A stretch of 25,116 nucleotides of DNA from a virus (IMGVR_UViG_3300011337_000231:1-25116), one strand, 5' to 3'; shown: positions 1 through 10,379, counted from the first letter of the stretch. Numbers and translations: made by a program. The notes: generated by a model from the letters alone, not told the origin.

Positions 1-89
1 AGCTAAAATGCCTAGCATATCTTAAAGATTATAACAAGCACAAAGAACTAGAATACAAAAAATGGTCACTGCAAGCCAAGCTAAAGTAG
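1..89 (+). CDS. 3' end of a truncated CDS (LKCLAYLKDYNKHKELEYKKWSLQAKLK*), possibly a tail assembly chaperone C-terminus
   Basis: Frame from nt 3 is open to TAG at 87-89 and overlaps the next gene. The chaperone call rests only on position and the L..LAYLKD-like motif. Confidence 0.45.
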   Translation, partial: LKCLAYLKDYNKHKELEYKKWSLQAKLK

Positions 90-685
90 ACGGATTAATC
101 AACATCGGAGGGGTTTCCCGATCAGGGGTGAACTATGTCAAAGATGTAGATGCCATGCTTGTGAAGAATGTGACTCAGGCTATGGAAAAGCTAGGGGCAA
201 AATTAGCCTTGAAACTTTCAGAAAATGCACCTTCAGATACAGGTGCTATGGAAGGGGCTTTCAACTTTCTAGGGGTAAAAGAAACCAAGACAGGATACAG
301 GATTGAAATCAAGGTAGGTGTAGACTATGCTGATTACATAGATAAGGGTGTGAAGGGTATCCAAAACAGGCGGAAGACCTACCCAAATGCAGAAGGGAAG
401 CACTATCAATATAAGACCTATGGAATGCCACCTGAAGCCTTGCAACAGCTACAGGGATGGATGCAAAGAAAGAACATGGAGATAGAAGCCACAAACCTAA
501 TTGAAGGAAGGCAGATGCTCCCACAGATTTCTACTTCAGCAAAAAGACTAGCATACTACATCAAGAAATATGGTATTGAAGGAAGGCAGTTCATCAAGAA
601 ATCCATAGATGAAGCTACCCCTGATTTTCAAGTAGACCTTAGAACACTAGGTCAAGATACACTCATTCTAAAAGTAAGTAAATGA
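62..685 (+). CDS. HK97 gp10-like tail completion/neck protein
   Basis: 207 aa with AP.DTG, 'DYADYIDKG' and a C-terminal 'GIEGRQFIKKSID', motifs typical of the HK97 gp10-like family; lies in the tail cluster. Confidence 0.65.
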   Translation: MVTASQAKVDGLINIGGVSRSGVNYVKDVDAMLVKNVTQAMEKLGAKLALKLSENAPSDTGAMEGAFNFLGVKETKTGYRIEIKVGVDYADYIDKGVKGIQNRRKTYPNAEGKHYQYKTYGMPPEALQQLQGWMQRKNMEIEATNLIEGRQMLPQISTSAKRLAYYIKKYGIEGRQFIKKSIDEATPDFQVDLRTLGQDTLILKVSK

Positions 686-1863
686 TAACTCTCACACAGC
701 CATCTATAAGCATCCTTCCTGCTTTCAATAGGATAAACTATCAGATAGTTTCTACCAATGCTACAGAGGTAGGCTTCAAATATGTAGTCAAGGTCTACAA
801 TTCAGCAAATGAGTTGATAACCACTGCCTACTATGATTCACCTGCTGATGCATCTGATCCTGTGGAATTTGATGTCTCAAAATTTGTTTCTACCCAATTC
901 GAATACACCAAGGGATTCTATGAGACTGCTACTTCTTCTAACAGCACAAACATACTGAAGGGCTTCTACCTAAAGTGCTATGAGTACTATGAGGTGGCAG
1001 GAGAATTTGTGATAGTCCTTGCATCTGAGGTGATATCTGACACCAAGTATGCCCTTGCAGGGGCTTTGCCTTTGCTAGAATTGGATGATTGGTATGCTGA
1101 TGTGAACCTATACAATGGATCAAGCAATACTACCTACAAGCCTTTGACAGCATGGGATACAATCAAGGTCAGAGAATCAGATGCACAGGTATTCGGATTC
1201 ATAAACACAGGATTTCTGACAAATGTAGAACTACTTGTCACCTACAATAATGCCACCACACAGACATACTTCATTGCCAAGTCAGGAAGTGTGTACCCAA
1301 ATGTGAACTATTTTCAGATCACCCCTTTGACCTATGGGGGCAATGTAGCTTCAATTCAGCTATTTGTAAATTGGAATAATGGCACTGCAAGAAGGTACAA
1401 ATTTGCTACCCTATACACTCAGGAATGTGGTAAGTTTGATCCTATGCGGATAGCCTACCTGAACAAATACGGGGCATTCGATTTCTTCAATTTTGACCTA
1501 GTGAATAAGACTACTTTAAGCATTGAGAAGAAGGGCTATCAGAGAAACTATGACGGCAGCATCTATGAGGCGAATGGGGTAGTAGTGAAGAACACTAACC
1601 CTGTATACTTCACAAAAGAGATGCAATCTTGGAAGATCATTTCTGACTACCTGAATGATGCACAAAGCGAATTGATCAGGGAACTATATTCTAGTCCTTT
1701 GGTCTACATGAATCTTGTGAATGATAACTACATCAGGCCATCATGGATTCCTGTGAAGCCTACAGCGACATCCTACGAGATCAAAAAGACTGCGACTGAT
1801 AAACTATTCAACTTGGAATTAGACCTTGAATTTGGGCTTGAAAATAATCGACAGGTGATATGA
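682..1863 (+). CDS. tail/baseplate structural protein (distal-tail-like)
   Basis: 393 aa, beta-rich, with 'YLNKYGAFDFFNF' and 'ELYSSPLVY' motifs I associate with Bacteroidota siphophage tail proteins; overlaps both neighbours. Confidence 0.55.
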   Translation: MITLTQPSISILPAFNRINYQIVSTNATEVGFKYVVKVYNSANELITTAYYDSPADASDPVEFDVSKFVSTQFEYTKGFYETATSSNSTNILKGFYLKCYEYYEVAGEFVIVLASEVISDTKYALAGALPLLELDDWYADVNLYNGSSNTTYKPLTAWDTIKVRESDAQVFGFINTGFLTNVELLVTYNNATTQTYFIAKSGSVYPNVNYFQITPLTYGGNVASIQLFVNWNNGTARRYKFATLYTQECGKFDPMRIAYLNKYGAFDFFNFDLVNKTTLSIEKKGYQRNYDGSIYEANGVVVKNTNPVYFTKEMQSWKIISDYLNDAQSELIRELYSSPLVYMNLVNDNYIRPSWIPVKPTATSYEIKKTATDKLFNLELDLEFGLENNRQVI

Positions 1864-4037
1864 GTGCTAGACTATTTGTAGAAGGGGTGGAGGTAGATAC
1901 CCTAGGGAATATTGATGTAGAATTCACCTATTCGGTGGCTGATGTTACTGACATTGAAAGAATAAACACATCCTATTCACAGACTATCACACTGCCCTCA
2001 ACTTCAAAGAATCAGGGGCTATTCGGGAACATCTTTGATATTTCGGTATCCAATGACTACTACCCTATGGATGTAAACATAGGTCAGAACTTCAACCCTG
2101 CAAAGCAAGCCAAAGCACAAATCTTCCTAGACAATGTCAAAATATTTGACGGGGTGATCAGGATGATGAAGATCAATAATCTTTCAGGGAACATCCTATA
2201 TGAGGTGAATGTCTTTGGAAGACTTCGGGACATCCTTCATGAACTAGGGGATAAGACATTAGCTGACCTTGACTTTGATGACTATGACCATGTTTGGAAT
2301 AAAGCGAATATTGAGGCATCATGGGCTAGGACTGAATATGTCGAAGGCGGTACAAACTATGTCTATCCTTTGGTGGATTATGGCATCAGTACTGATGGGG
2401 TCACATACCCTATTCGGAACTTCAAGCCTGCTGTATATGTATCAGAAATCCTGTCAAGAATTTTCAGTGAGGCAGGCTTCCAAATTACAGCACCAATCTT
2501 CACATCATTCTACTTCAAGAAGTTGATTCTAGTGACGGCAGAGAAGATGATCACAAAGGAATCTACTACTCTGTTAGATCAAACCCCTGTCCTGTATCAG
2601 CAGGAAGTGACTACAACCCCTTCATTCTCCAGGCTGCTTAATTTCAGCAGTACTTTGGCATCAGGCTTTTTGATCCAAAATTCAGGAACTAGATTCAGAT
2701 GGAATAAGGCACAGAACCTGAATACAGGATTGAACTTGAATCTTAGGCTATCCTTCGAATCACTAGAAGCATTCACAGAAAATACATGGACTGTATCTGT
2801 GCTGAAAAATGGGTCACCTATTTTGACTTCTACTAGAACTGCTTCCTTAATTTCAGCAGGTCAGTTCTACTATTGGAATGTTGAGATTTCAGGGGGAATA
2901 GACCTTGCTTTGAATGACTACTTTGAGGTGAGACTCACAGGTCAGTCAGTAGGCAATGTAGGCTACAATCCGAACATTCAGTCTGAGGTAGTGATAGCAC
3001 CTATTGGATCACTTAAGATAGGGAACACTGTCCCTGTGGCAGTGGAACTTGAAGAAGGTGACACAATGAAGATTGAAGACACCCTGCCAAAGTCAATGAA
3101 GCAGCGTGATTTTCTCAAGTCCATCATATCGATGTACAATCTGTACATAACACAGGACAGGCTACGGACAAATGTCCTAGAGATTATCCCCTACAATGAG
3201 TTTTACCAAACCTTCAAGGATGAAGCCCTAGATTGGAGTGACAAACTAGATGTAGGTCAGGAGATCAGCATTACACCTTTGAGCGAATTGTCAGCGAAAG
3301 AATACAGGCTTGCATTTGATACAGATCAGGACTATTGGTCTGAATTCTACAGGACTAAATTCAATCAGGTATATGGGGAAAGCAGAACCATCATAGACAA
3401 TGATTTCATTTTAGACACAAAGACTGTCAAGGTGATCTTTGCACCACCTGTGATGAGGGAAGAAGTCCCAGGCAGAATCATGATCCACCTGTACAAGGTA
3501 GAAAATGGTGTGAAAATCCCTGATAACTTCAAGCCTAGGATAGCCTACTTCCTTCCAGGGGTGACTACTACGCAATGGAATATTGGATATGCAGCAGGGA
3601 ATACTCCCTATAATGTCTACCCATATGCAGGTCACTTGGATAGTCCTACAGAGCCTTCAAATGATGTGCTTTTTGCTTCCCCTAGGGAGGTATATTTCTC
3701 GATCGGGGTCTACCCTCAGAATAGTAACCTGTATACAGAATACTATCAGGGGCTGATAGACTCAATCGGTGATCGGAACAGCAGACTACTTGAAGGGTAT
3801 TTCTACCTAACACCTACAGACATCATGAATCTTGATTTTCGCAAGATCATCAAGGTAGGGAATCACTACTTTCAACTTGAAAAGGTGGATAAATACAATC
3901 CGATTGCAAACGGGTTAAGCTATGTTTCACTATTTAAGATACTTGGAAACATCAGCCCTGTGGACTATGACTTCATCCTTCTTGAGAATGATGCCTATAT
4001 GCTACAGGAAAACGGGGTAAATAGATTTTATATTTGA
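1860..4037 (+). CDS. tail tip/baseplate hub-like protein
   Basis: 725 aa; N-terminal 'SYSQTITLPST..N..LFG', 'YVYPLVDYG', 'DFLKSIISMYNL'; C-terminal 'LLEND.YMLQENG' motif; precedes the fibre gene. Confidence 0.55.
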   Translation: MSARLFVEGVEVDTLGNIDVEFTYSVADVTDIERINTSYSQTITLPSTSKNQGLFGNIFDISVSNDYYPMDVNIGQNFNPAKQAKAQIFLDNVKIFDGVIRMMKINNLSGNILYEVNVFGRLRDILHELGDKTLADLDFDDYDHVWNKANIEASWARTEYVEGGTNYVYPLVDYGISTDGVTYPIRNFKPAVYVSEILSRIFSEAGFQITAPIFTSFYFKKLILVTAEKMITKESTTLLDQTPVLYQQEVTTTPSFSRLLNFSSTLASGFLIQNSGTRFRWNKAQNLNTGLNLNLRLSFESLEAFTENTWTVSVLKNGSPILTSTRTASLISAGQFYYWNVEISGGIDLALNDYFEVRLTGQSVGNVGYNPNIQSEVVIAPIGSLKIGNTVPVAVELEEGDTMKIEDTLPKSMKQRDFLKSIISMYNLYITQDRLRTNVLEIIPYNEFYQTFKDEALDWSDKLDVGQEISITPLSELSAKEYRLAFDTDQDYWSEFYRTKFNQVYGESRTIIDNDFILDTKTVKVIFAPPVMREEVPGRIMIHLYKVENGVKIPDNFKPRIAYFLPGVTTTQWNIGYAAGNTPYNVYPYAGHLDSPTEPSNDVLFASPREVYFSIGVYPQNSNLYTEYYQGLIDSIGDRNSRLLEGYFYLTPTDIMNLDFRKIIKVGNHYFQLEKVDKYNPIANGLSYVSLFKILGNISPVDYDFILLENDAYMLQENGVNRFYI

Positions 4038-4042
4038 TTGAT

Positions 4043-6655
4043 ATGGCAGATAAGAGAATAAGTCAACTGATTGAAAGGGTAGACATTGCGAATAATGATG
4101 TACTTCCTATAGTAGCAAGCGGTGCTACCACCACAAACAAGGTCACTGTATCAACCCTTCAGGATTGGATGCAGGACAACCTAGATGTAGGGGTCACCTC
4201 TGTAGGTCTATCTATGCCTTCAGCCTTTGTGGTATCAAATAGCCCTGTGACAGGAAGCGGAAATATAAGCGTTACAGGTGCAGGGACAGTCTCCCAATAT
4301 ATCAGAGGTGATGGTTCTTTGGCTGACTTCCCTTCAGGCGGTGGAGGTGGTGGTTCATCTGTTAACTACTACCTAAATGGTTCGGTATCTCAGGGTACTA
4401 TTGGAGGTATTGCCTACAAAGAGATGAACAAAGTCCCTGTACTAGGTGCAGGCACTGACTTTGTGGCTATTGCTGACGGATATCTTGCTTCATTCATAAC
4501 GGATGCAGGTGACCCTGCTTTGCTTGAAATCCCTGCGGGTAATTGGAATTTTGAAACTTACTTTTCTGCTTCTTCAGGTGGAGGTACTCCTTCCTTCTAT
4601 GTGGAATTATACAAGGTAGATATAGGTGGTACTGCTACCTTGATAGCTTCCAATTCGGGAACTCCTGAACTGATTGCATTTGGCACTACCATAACCCCTT
4701 ACTTTTCTACTTTGGCAGTACCTACTACTAGCCTAACTTTAACAGATAGACTAGCACTTCGGTACTATGTGGCACGCTCAGGTAGAACTATCACTTTGCA
4801 CACAGAGAATAGTCACCTTTGCCAAATCATTACCACATTCACCACAGGCTTGACTGCTTTGAATAGCTTGACGGCACAAGTTCAGAACTTCGCAACGGGC
4901 ACAAGTGGAACAAATTTTGGAATAAGTAGTACGGGAAGTACTCACACATTCAATCTGCCTACGGCAAGTGCTACAAATAGAGGTGCTTTGAGTAGTGCCG
5001 ATTGGTCTAGTTTTAATGGCAAAGTACCCTACACAGGTGCAGTAGCAAATGTGGATTTAGGGGTGTATAGTATTACTGCAAGTGCAATAAATTCAACAGG
5101 TTCAGGTTCTGTTGCAGGGCAGATTAATTTAAGAAGTGATGCCTTTTTCACTTTGGTAAATGGCTATGGAAGTATAGCTTCAGGGACAACTAATCAATTC
5201 AATTTATATCAGACTACAGGGGCAGGTGTTTTTCGTGGTGCTATTTTAAGTTTGAATAGCATCACTGCATCTGCTACAAGAACCTATACTTTGCCTGATA
5301 CTGATGGCACTTTAGCATTGACTAGTCAAATCCCTGCAAATATTGTGACAGGTACAGGGGGGCAGGGAAGGGTAGCCTATTGGGATTCGACAGGTGTAAT
5401 AAAATCTGACCCTGTTTTCCAATACAATGACTTTTCCAAAAGGGTAGGAATCGGAAGAACACCTACTGTCTCTTTGGATGTAGAAGGAGCGGGTTATTTC
5501 TCAGGTGCATTAGGTGTAGGAGGTGCTTTGAACGGGACTAGTGCGGTGTTTAGTGGTAATGCGCAAGTAAGTAAACTCCTTTTAGGAACTAGCACCGCAA
5601 ATTCTTATCGAATTAATTTGGTTGCAAATAGTGACTTTGACACCGCAGGCATTTTGCTTACCGACACAAATACAGGAGGCAGGTCTTATGCAATTGGTTC
5701 GTCAATTACAACTATTGGAAGTTTAGAGTTTAGAGATAATACCGCAGGTCAAAATAGACTGACAATCTCCTCCACAGGAGCAGCGACCTTCAGTAGTAGT
5801 GTTAGTGGAAGTCAATTTGTAGCAAATGGTAATTCAGCAGGAGGATTTGAAGGATTAAGAATTGTGAATGCATCTACAGGTGCAGCACAAATTGCATTAA
5901 ATAATTCTGCTCAGTCATGGCTAGTAAATACTAGAACTGACAATCAATTCAGCATATTTAATTCTACTGCATCTACTACTCCTTTGCTTATTTCAACCAC
6001 AGGAGCAGCGACCTTCAGCAGTAGTGTGACGGCTATTGGTCTTCTTCAAAGTAACGATAGATTATATATGCCAGGAAATCAACCGATCGCGAATTGGTTT
6101 TCAAGTAGTTTGTCGGCGGGTTATAGTTCAAGCAATGGATACGGATGGGTAAATGGAGCAGGTAATCTAGTTCTTGGAACGAATGGAAGCGAAAAAATTA
6201 GAGTAACAGGTGACGGCTTAACCTTTAACGGAGACACAGCAGCAGCAAATGCCTTGGATGATTATGAGGAAGGGACTTGGACACCTGAGTTTATTGGAGG
6301 CGGAGGAACTGCAACATACTATAGTAGAAGGGGATGGTATACTAAAATAGGTAGACAAGTTACTATAGTTTGGCAAGTATCATTTCAAAAAGGAGCGATC
6401 ACTAGTTCATTAGGAATGAGTGGTCTTCCATTTGTTGTGTTAGCTGATAGCAGTTCTTTTTATCCTCAAGGTACTGTCCTTTTAGATAATTTATTAATTG
6501 CTACTAATAACATAACTTTTCAAGTTGCAAATGGATCAACTCAAGGAGATTTTATTGGTGGCAATGGTGGCACAACAGGCCATACAGGTTTATCTGCGTC
6601 TTCATTAGGAATGGGAACTATGATGTGCAGAGGAACTGCAACTTATTTCGTTTAA
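4043..6655 (+). CDS. tail fibre / receptor-binding protein (mosaic)
   Basis: G/S/T-rich, starts MADKRISQL (ATG 4043 preferred over the track start at 4034). Has a poly-Gly hinge, repeated (S/T)TGAATFSSSV, and an 'ANALDDYEEGTWTP' distal motif common in aquatic phage fibres. Confidence 0.8.
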   Translation: MADKRISQLIERVDIANNDVLPIVASGATTTNKVTVSTLQDWMQDNLDVGVTSVGLSMPSAFVVSNSPVTGSGNISVTGAGTVSQYIRGDGSLADFPSGGGGGGSSVNYYLNGSVSQGTIGGIAYKEMNKVPVLGAGTDFVAIADGYLASFITDAGDPALLEIPAGNWNFETYFSASSGGGTPSFYVELYKVDIGGTATLIASNSGTPELIAFGTTITPYFSTLAVPTTSLTLTDRLALRYYVARSGRTITLHTENSHLCQIITTFTTGLTALNSLTAQVQNFATGTSGTNFGISSTGSTHTFNLPTASATNRGALSSADWSSFNGKVPYTGAVANVDLGVYSITASAINSTGSGSVAGQINLRSDAFFTLVNGYGSIASGTTNQFNLYQTTGAGVFRGAILSLNSITASATRTYTLPDTDGTLALTSQIPANIVTGTGGQGRVAYWDSTGVIKSDPVFQYNDFSKRVGIGRTPTVSLDVEGAGYFSGALGVGGALNGTSAVFSGNAQVSKLLLGTSTANSYRINLVANSDFDTAGILLTDTNTGGRSYAIGSSITTIGSLEFRDNTAGQNRLTISSTGAATFSSSVSGSQFVANGNSAGGFEGLRIVNASTGAAQIALNNSAQSWLVNTRTDNQFSIFNSTASTTPLLISTTGAATFSSSVTAIGLLQSNDRLYMPGNQPIANWFSSSLSAGYSSSNGYGWVNGAGNLVLGTNGSEKIRVTGDGLTFNGDTAAANALDDYEEGTWTPEFIGGGGTATYYSRRGWYTKIGRQVTIVWQVSFQKGAITSSLGMSGLPFVVLADSSSFYPQGTVLLDNLLIATNNITFQVANGSTQGDFIGGNGGTTGHTGLSASSLGMGTMMCRGTATYFV
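5772..6027 (+). repeat. 31-nt direct repeat CCACAGGAGCAGCGACCTTCAGyAGTAGTGT (5772-5802 and 5997-6027)
   Basis: 30/31 identical and 225 nt (75 codons) apart; read directly from the sequence. Confidence 0.9.
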
Positions 6656-6667
6656 ACAAAAAATAAA

Positions 6668-6934
6668 ATGGCTTTAACAGAAAAAACAATCGTAGACAAA
6701 ATAGAGATTCTTGAGAATAACTCTATACAGGTAAGGACTGCAAACATTATTGAAAAAGATGATGTAGAAATCACAAGAACCTTTCATCGTTATGTGGTCA
6801 ATCCTAGCAATGACATCAGCGGAGAAGATGCCAAGGTACAAGCGGTAGCAAATGCCATTTGGACTGAGGAGATTATTTCTGCCTATTTAGAATCACAAAA
6901 CCAAAACCAAATACAAGATGAAAGTAACGCTTAA
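6668..6934 (+). CDS. small fibre-associated protein (putative fibre chaperone/cap)
   Basis: 88 aa 'IQVR...R.FHR.V..P..D.S.ED..VQA.ANA.WT', directly after the fibre gene. Confidence 0.6.
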   Translation: MALTEKTIVDKIEILENNSIQVRTANIIEKDDVEITRTFHRYVVNPSNDISGEDAKVQAVANAIWTEEIISAYLESQNQNQIQDESNA

Positions 6935-7058
6935 CGAAGAACAAATCAAAATGCTTGAAGCATGGGCACAGGAACTGCCTACAAAGTACGGGATGTCCTT
7001 CATCCAATTCCTAGCACAGCAAGTGCAGGAGCAGAACCCGAAGGAAGAAGCAGAATAG
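6918..7058 (+). CDS. 46-aa hypothetical protein (MKVTLNEEQIKMLEAWAQELPTKYGMSFIQFL...)
   Basis: Below the ORF-track cut-off; AACCAAA-type leader; fills the gap before a hairpin. Confidence 0.7.
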   Translation: MKVTLNEEQIKMLEAWAQELPTKYGMSFIQFLAQQVQEQNPKEEAE

Positions 7059-7064
7059 TACAAA

Positions 7065-7087
7065 TGGGGAATCAAATCGATTCCCCA
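7065..7087 (+). other. intergenic stem-loop TGGGGAATC-aaatc-GATTCCCCA
   Basis: Perfect 9-bp stem with no U-tract directly behind it; may be a weak terminator or an mRNA stability/processing element. Confidence 0.6.
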
Positions 7088-7108
7088 AACCTTTAAAAAC
7101 CCCAACCA

Positions 7109-9304
7109 ATGGCTGAAGAAAATAAGATCATATTAGATGCTGATGTCAAACCCTTAAAGAAGCAACTAAGGGAAGCGACACAGGAACTGCAACTTGCTAG
7201 GCAGAGATATGGAGAATTCTCCACAGAAGCGGTAAATGCTGCTCAAAAGGTAGCAGGTATTCGTGACAGCATTGAAGATGCAAATGAGGCGGCACAGCTA
7301 TTTGATCCAGGGAAGAGATTTCAGGCATTGACTACGGCAGCCTCCACAGCAGCAGGAGGGATAGCAGCAGTACAGGGGGCTATGGCCTTATTCGGTGGTG
7401 AATCACAGGAAGTAGAAAAGGCACTCCTGAAAGTTCAGTCAGCAATGGCACTTTCTCAGGGACTATCCCAACTCAAAGACATTGGAAAGGTAGGTGCTCA
7501 GTTGAAGACTTCCTTCATGGGATTGACAGCAGGGGTGAACGGATTCAAGAAGGCTTTGATAGCTACAGGAATAGGTGCATTGGTGGTGGCTGTGGGTCTA
7601 TTGGTGACCTATTGGGATGACATCCTAGGTCTAGTGAATGGAGTAGGCAGTGAACAGAAGAAACTCAATGAAGCCACCTTAAAAGACCTAGAAGCAAACA
7701 AGGAAAAATTAGACGCAATAGATGGTCAGGCGAATCAATTAAAACTACAGGGAAAGTCTGAAGAAGACATCTTGAAATTGAAGATAGCCCAAACAGATGA
7801 GGCTATTAAGGCAGCAGAGATAAACCTACAGAATGCTGAAGCTACCAAGCAGGCACAACTAGAAGCATCTATAAGAAATAAGCAGCTACTTCAGGGATTG
7901 ATAGCAATGGTGACAGCACCAATCACAGCAGTCCTTGTAGGCATTGATTTAATAGGTAAGGCAGCAGGGCAGAACTTCAATCTTGCAGAAGGCTTCACAG
8001 GTGGAATAGCTGAAATGGTATTCGATCCTGAAGCAGTAGCAATGGAAGGGGATAAGACAATCAAGGAAGCACAGGCACAACTCAATCAACTAAAGGAAAA
8101 AAGGGCAGGATTTGAACTATCTGTTTTAGATGGTCAGAAAGCAGCAGGTGAAAAAGCATCAGCAGAGAGAGAAAAGCAGAACCAAAAGGAGCAGGAAGCA
8201 CTAGCAATCTTAAATGATGCTAGAACAAAGATGCTAGACAAACAGAAGCAGGAAGAAGAGGCAGTAGAAAAGGCTTATTCTGAGAAGTTCCTGAAGTTGA
8301 AAGAAGCAGGGATTGAAGATGATGGCATCCTAGAAGCATCCAAGCAGAAAGAACTACAGGACATCAAAGATAAATATCAGAAGGAAGAGGCTGACAAAGA
8401 AGAGGCATTCCAAAAACAGCTAAATGAGATTAGAACTCAGACTAGACTTGAAGGCATCAAGGATGAAAATGAGAAAGCTAGACAGCAGATTCTACTTGAT
8501 TATGAAAAGCAAAGATTAGAGATATTTGAGAATGAGAAACTGACAGCAGAACAGAAGACAGCCCTAGTGCTAGAACTAGCAACACAGGAACAGCAGGCAC
8601 TAGCAGCCCTTCAGTTGACTATTGATCAGCAGGCAGCAGCAGAAGACCTAGCAGAACTTGAAAGGGAGATGGCACAGGCTGACCTATCCTTCCAAATTCA
8701 AAGGAATCTTCTTGATCAGAAAGAAGCCCTTTTGACTGAGCAGCTAGAAGCAGGACTGATCACAGAAAAAGCCTACACAGAAGCCATCAGGGAGAATGTA
8801 GATGCAAGGATTGAACTAGACAAGAAAGAAGCAGATGCAAAGCTAGAAAATGCTGCAAGGGTTTCAGGACTTCTTGCAGGTGTGGCTGATTTGGTGGGTA
8901 AGAATACAGCAGCAGGAAAGGCTACGGCAATAGCTGCTACTACTATTGACACCTATCTAGGGGCACAGAAAGCCTACACTTCACAGCTAGTCCCAGGTGA
9001 TCCATCTTCCCCTATTCGTGCTGCCCTTGCTGCTGCCTTGGCTGTGGCAGGAGGTATCAAAAATGTTAGAGCCATAGCAAAGACACAAGTCCCAGGTGGT
9101 AAGGGTGGAGGAGCATCTGCACCTGATGTATCTGCATCAGCACCACAGACTGCTTCAGCAGTTCCTACTGTTGGGAATAGCCCTGTGACAGCACTAGGTC
9201 AGGTCATGAATAATCAGCCACCACTCAGAGCCTATGTAGTGGAAAGCGAAGTGACAGGCACTCAGAAGCGTGTGGCAGATATTGAACGCAGAGCGGGATT
9301 CTAA
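7109..9304 (+). CDS. tape measure protein
   Basis: 731 aa, Ala-rich with hydrophobic segments ('ALIATGIGALVVAVGLLV..WDDI'), a long E/K/Q coiled coil and a C-terminal 'RAYVVESEVT' motif. Confidence 0.75.
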   Translation: MAEENKIILDADVKPLKKQLREATQELQLARQRYGEFSTEAVNAAQKVAGIRDSIEDANEAAQLFDPGKRFQALTTAASTAAGGIAAVQGAMALFGGESQEVEKALLKVQSAMALSQGLSQLKDIGKVGAQLKTSFMGLTAGVNGFKKALIATGIGALVVAVGLLVTYWDDILGLVNGVGSEQKKLNEATLKDLEANKEKLDAIDGQANQLKLQGKSEEDILKLKIAQTDEAIKAAEINLQNAEATKQAQLEASIRNKQLLQGLIAMVTAPITAVLVGIDLIGKAAGQNFNLAEGFTGGIAEMVFDPEAVAMEGDKTIKEAQAQLNQLKEKRAGFELSVLDGQKAAGEKASAEREKQNQKEQEALAILNDARTKMLDKQKQEEEAVEKAYSEKFLKLKEAGIEDDGILEASKQKELQDIKDKYQKEEADKEEAFQKQLNEIRTQTRLEGIKDENEKARQQILLDYEKQRLEIFENEKLTAEQKTALVLELATQEQQALAALQLTIDQQAAAEDLAELEREMAQADLSFQIQRNLLDQKEALLTEQLEAGLITEKAYTEAIRENVDARIELDKKEADAKLENAARVSGLLAGVADLVGKNTAAGKATAIAATTIDTYLGAQKAYTSQLVPGDPSSPIRAALAAALAVAGGIKNVRAIAKTQVPGGKGGGASAPDVSASAPQTASAVPTVGNSPVTALGQVMNNQPPLRAYVVESEVTGTQKRVADIERRAGF

Positions 9305-9315
9305 TACTTAAAGAC

Positions 9316-10356
9316 ATGGATAAGAAAATACCACTATATCAAATGATGATAGGGGATGCTATTGAAGATGATGAAGAAGTTGATTTCATTGCCCTAGTAG
9401 AATACCCTGCAATTCAGAAAAACTTCCTTGCTTTCAAGGATCAATTTGTAGAGCCTACAGCAAACGAATCAAAGGAAGAATTCCTTCCTAGATGCATTGA
9501 ATATGTGATCAATGAAGGTAAGGAATCAGAACAGGCTGTAGCTATTTGTTCGAACTTATGGGAAGGTAGATTTCAGGAAGACTCATATTCTGACTATCCC
9601 CAATCTGCAAAGGACAATGCTGAAAGAGGAATCCGTTTGAATGAGGAACTAGGAAATAAGTGTGCCACACAGGTGGGAAAAATTCGAGCCACCCAAATCA
9701 TGAACGGGGAAAATCTTTCAAAGGATGTTATCAGAAGAACTTATTCCTACCTAAGTAGAGCAGCGGAATACTACAAGCCTGAAGACACAGAAGCCTGTGG
9801 GACTATCTCTTATCTTCTTTGGGGTGGTGAACCTATGCTAAGATGGGCAGAATCCAAGATGAATCAGGAAGACTTCAGGGCAGTAGGACACAATCAATTC
9901 AACATTCAAAACCCTGAACAGCGGATCGTGACAGGTGCTTTGATGATTGCGGATTTACCGATCTACAGAAGGGATGGGGATGAGGAGTACTATGTGACTT
10001 TCTCTGCTGCTGAGATCAAGAAGATAGTGCAGCGTTTCTTCAAGAAGGGCTACCAATCTAGGGTAAATGTAGAACATTCTACACCTGTGGATGGGGTCTT
10101 CATGTTTGAAAGCTACATCATTGACAGGGAGAAAGGAATCATGCCTCCTAATGGATTTGAAGAAGTATCTGATGGGTCATGGTTTGGATCATTCAAGGTG
10201 GAGAATGATAAGATTTGGGAAGAAGTGAAGGCGGGAACTTTCAAAGGCTTTTCTGTGGAGGGGCTTTTCAGATATGAGAAGACAAACAAGGTGATTACAG
10301 AGGAGGAGCAGATCATGTCACAAATTTTCAAAATATTGAGTCAAATTGAACATTAA
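9316..10356 (+). CDS. XkdF-like prohead serine protease with two inserted domains
   Basis: 'EQRIVTGALMIAD..IYR', 'NVEHS', 'FESYIID', 'GSWF', 'WEEVKAG.FKGFSVEG' match the XkdF/S78-like family; upstream of scaffold and capsid genes. Confidence 0.8.
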   Translation: MDKKIPLYQMMIGDAIEDDEEVDFIALVEYPAIQKNFLAFKDQFVEPTANESKEEFLPRCIEYVINEGKESEQAVAICSNLWEGRFQEDSYSDYPQSAKDNAERGIRLNEELGNKCATQVGKIRATQIMNGENLSKDVIRRTYSYLSRAAEYYKPEDTEACGTISYLLWGGEPMLRWAESKMNQEDFRAVGHNQFNIQNPEQRIVTGALMIADLPIYRRDGDEEYYVTFSAAEIKKIVQRFFKKGYQSRVNVEHSTPVDGVFMFESYIIDREKGIMPPNGFEEVSDGSWFGSFKVENDKIWEEVKAGTFKGFSVEGLFRYEKTNKVITEEEQIMSQIFKILSQIEH

Positions 10357-10379
10357 ATACTAAACGAATACTTACAATT

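Noticed and set aside
5772-6027. Diversity-generating retroelement TR/VR pair
   Set aside because: The repeat is only 31 nt, the single mismatch is T/C rather than at adenine, and no reverse transcriptase is present in the window.
6303-6642. 13-nt repeat GAGGAACTGCAAC (6303 and 6630)
   Set aside because: Short, and explained by a repeated GTAT peptide.
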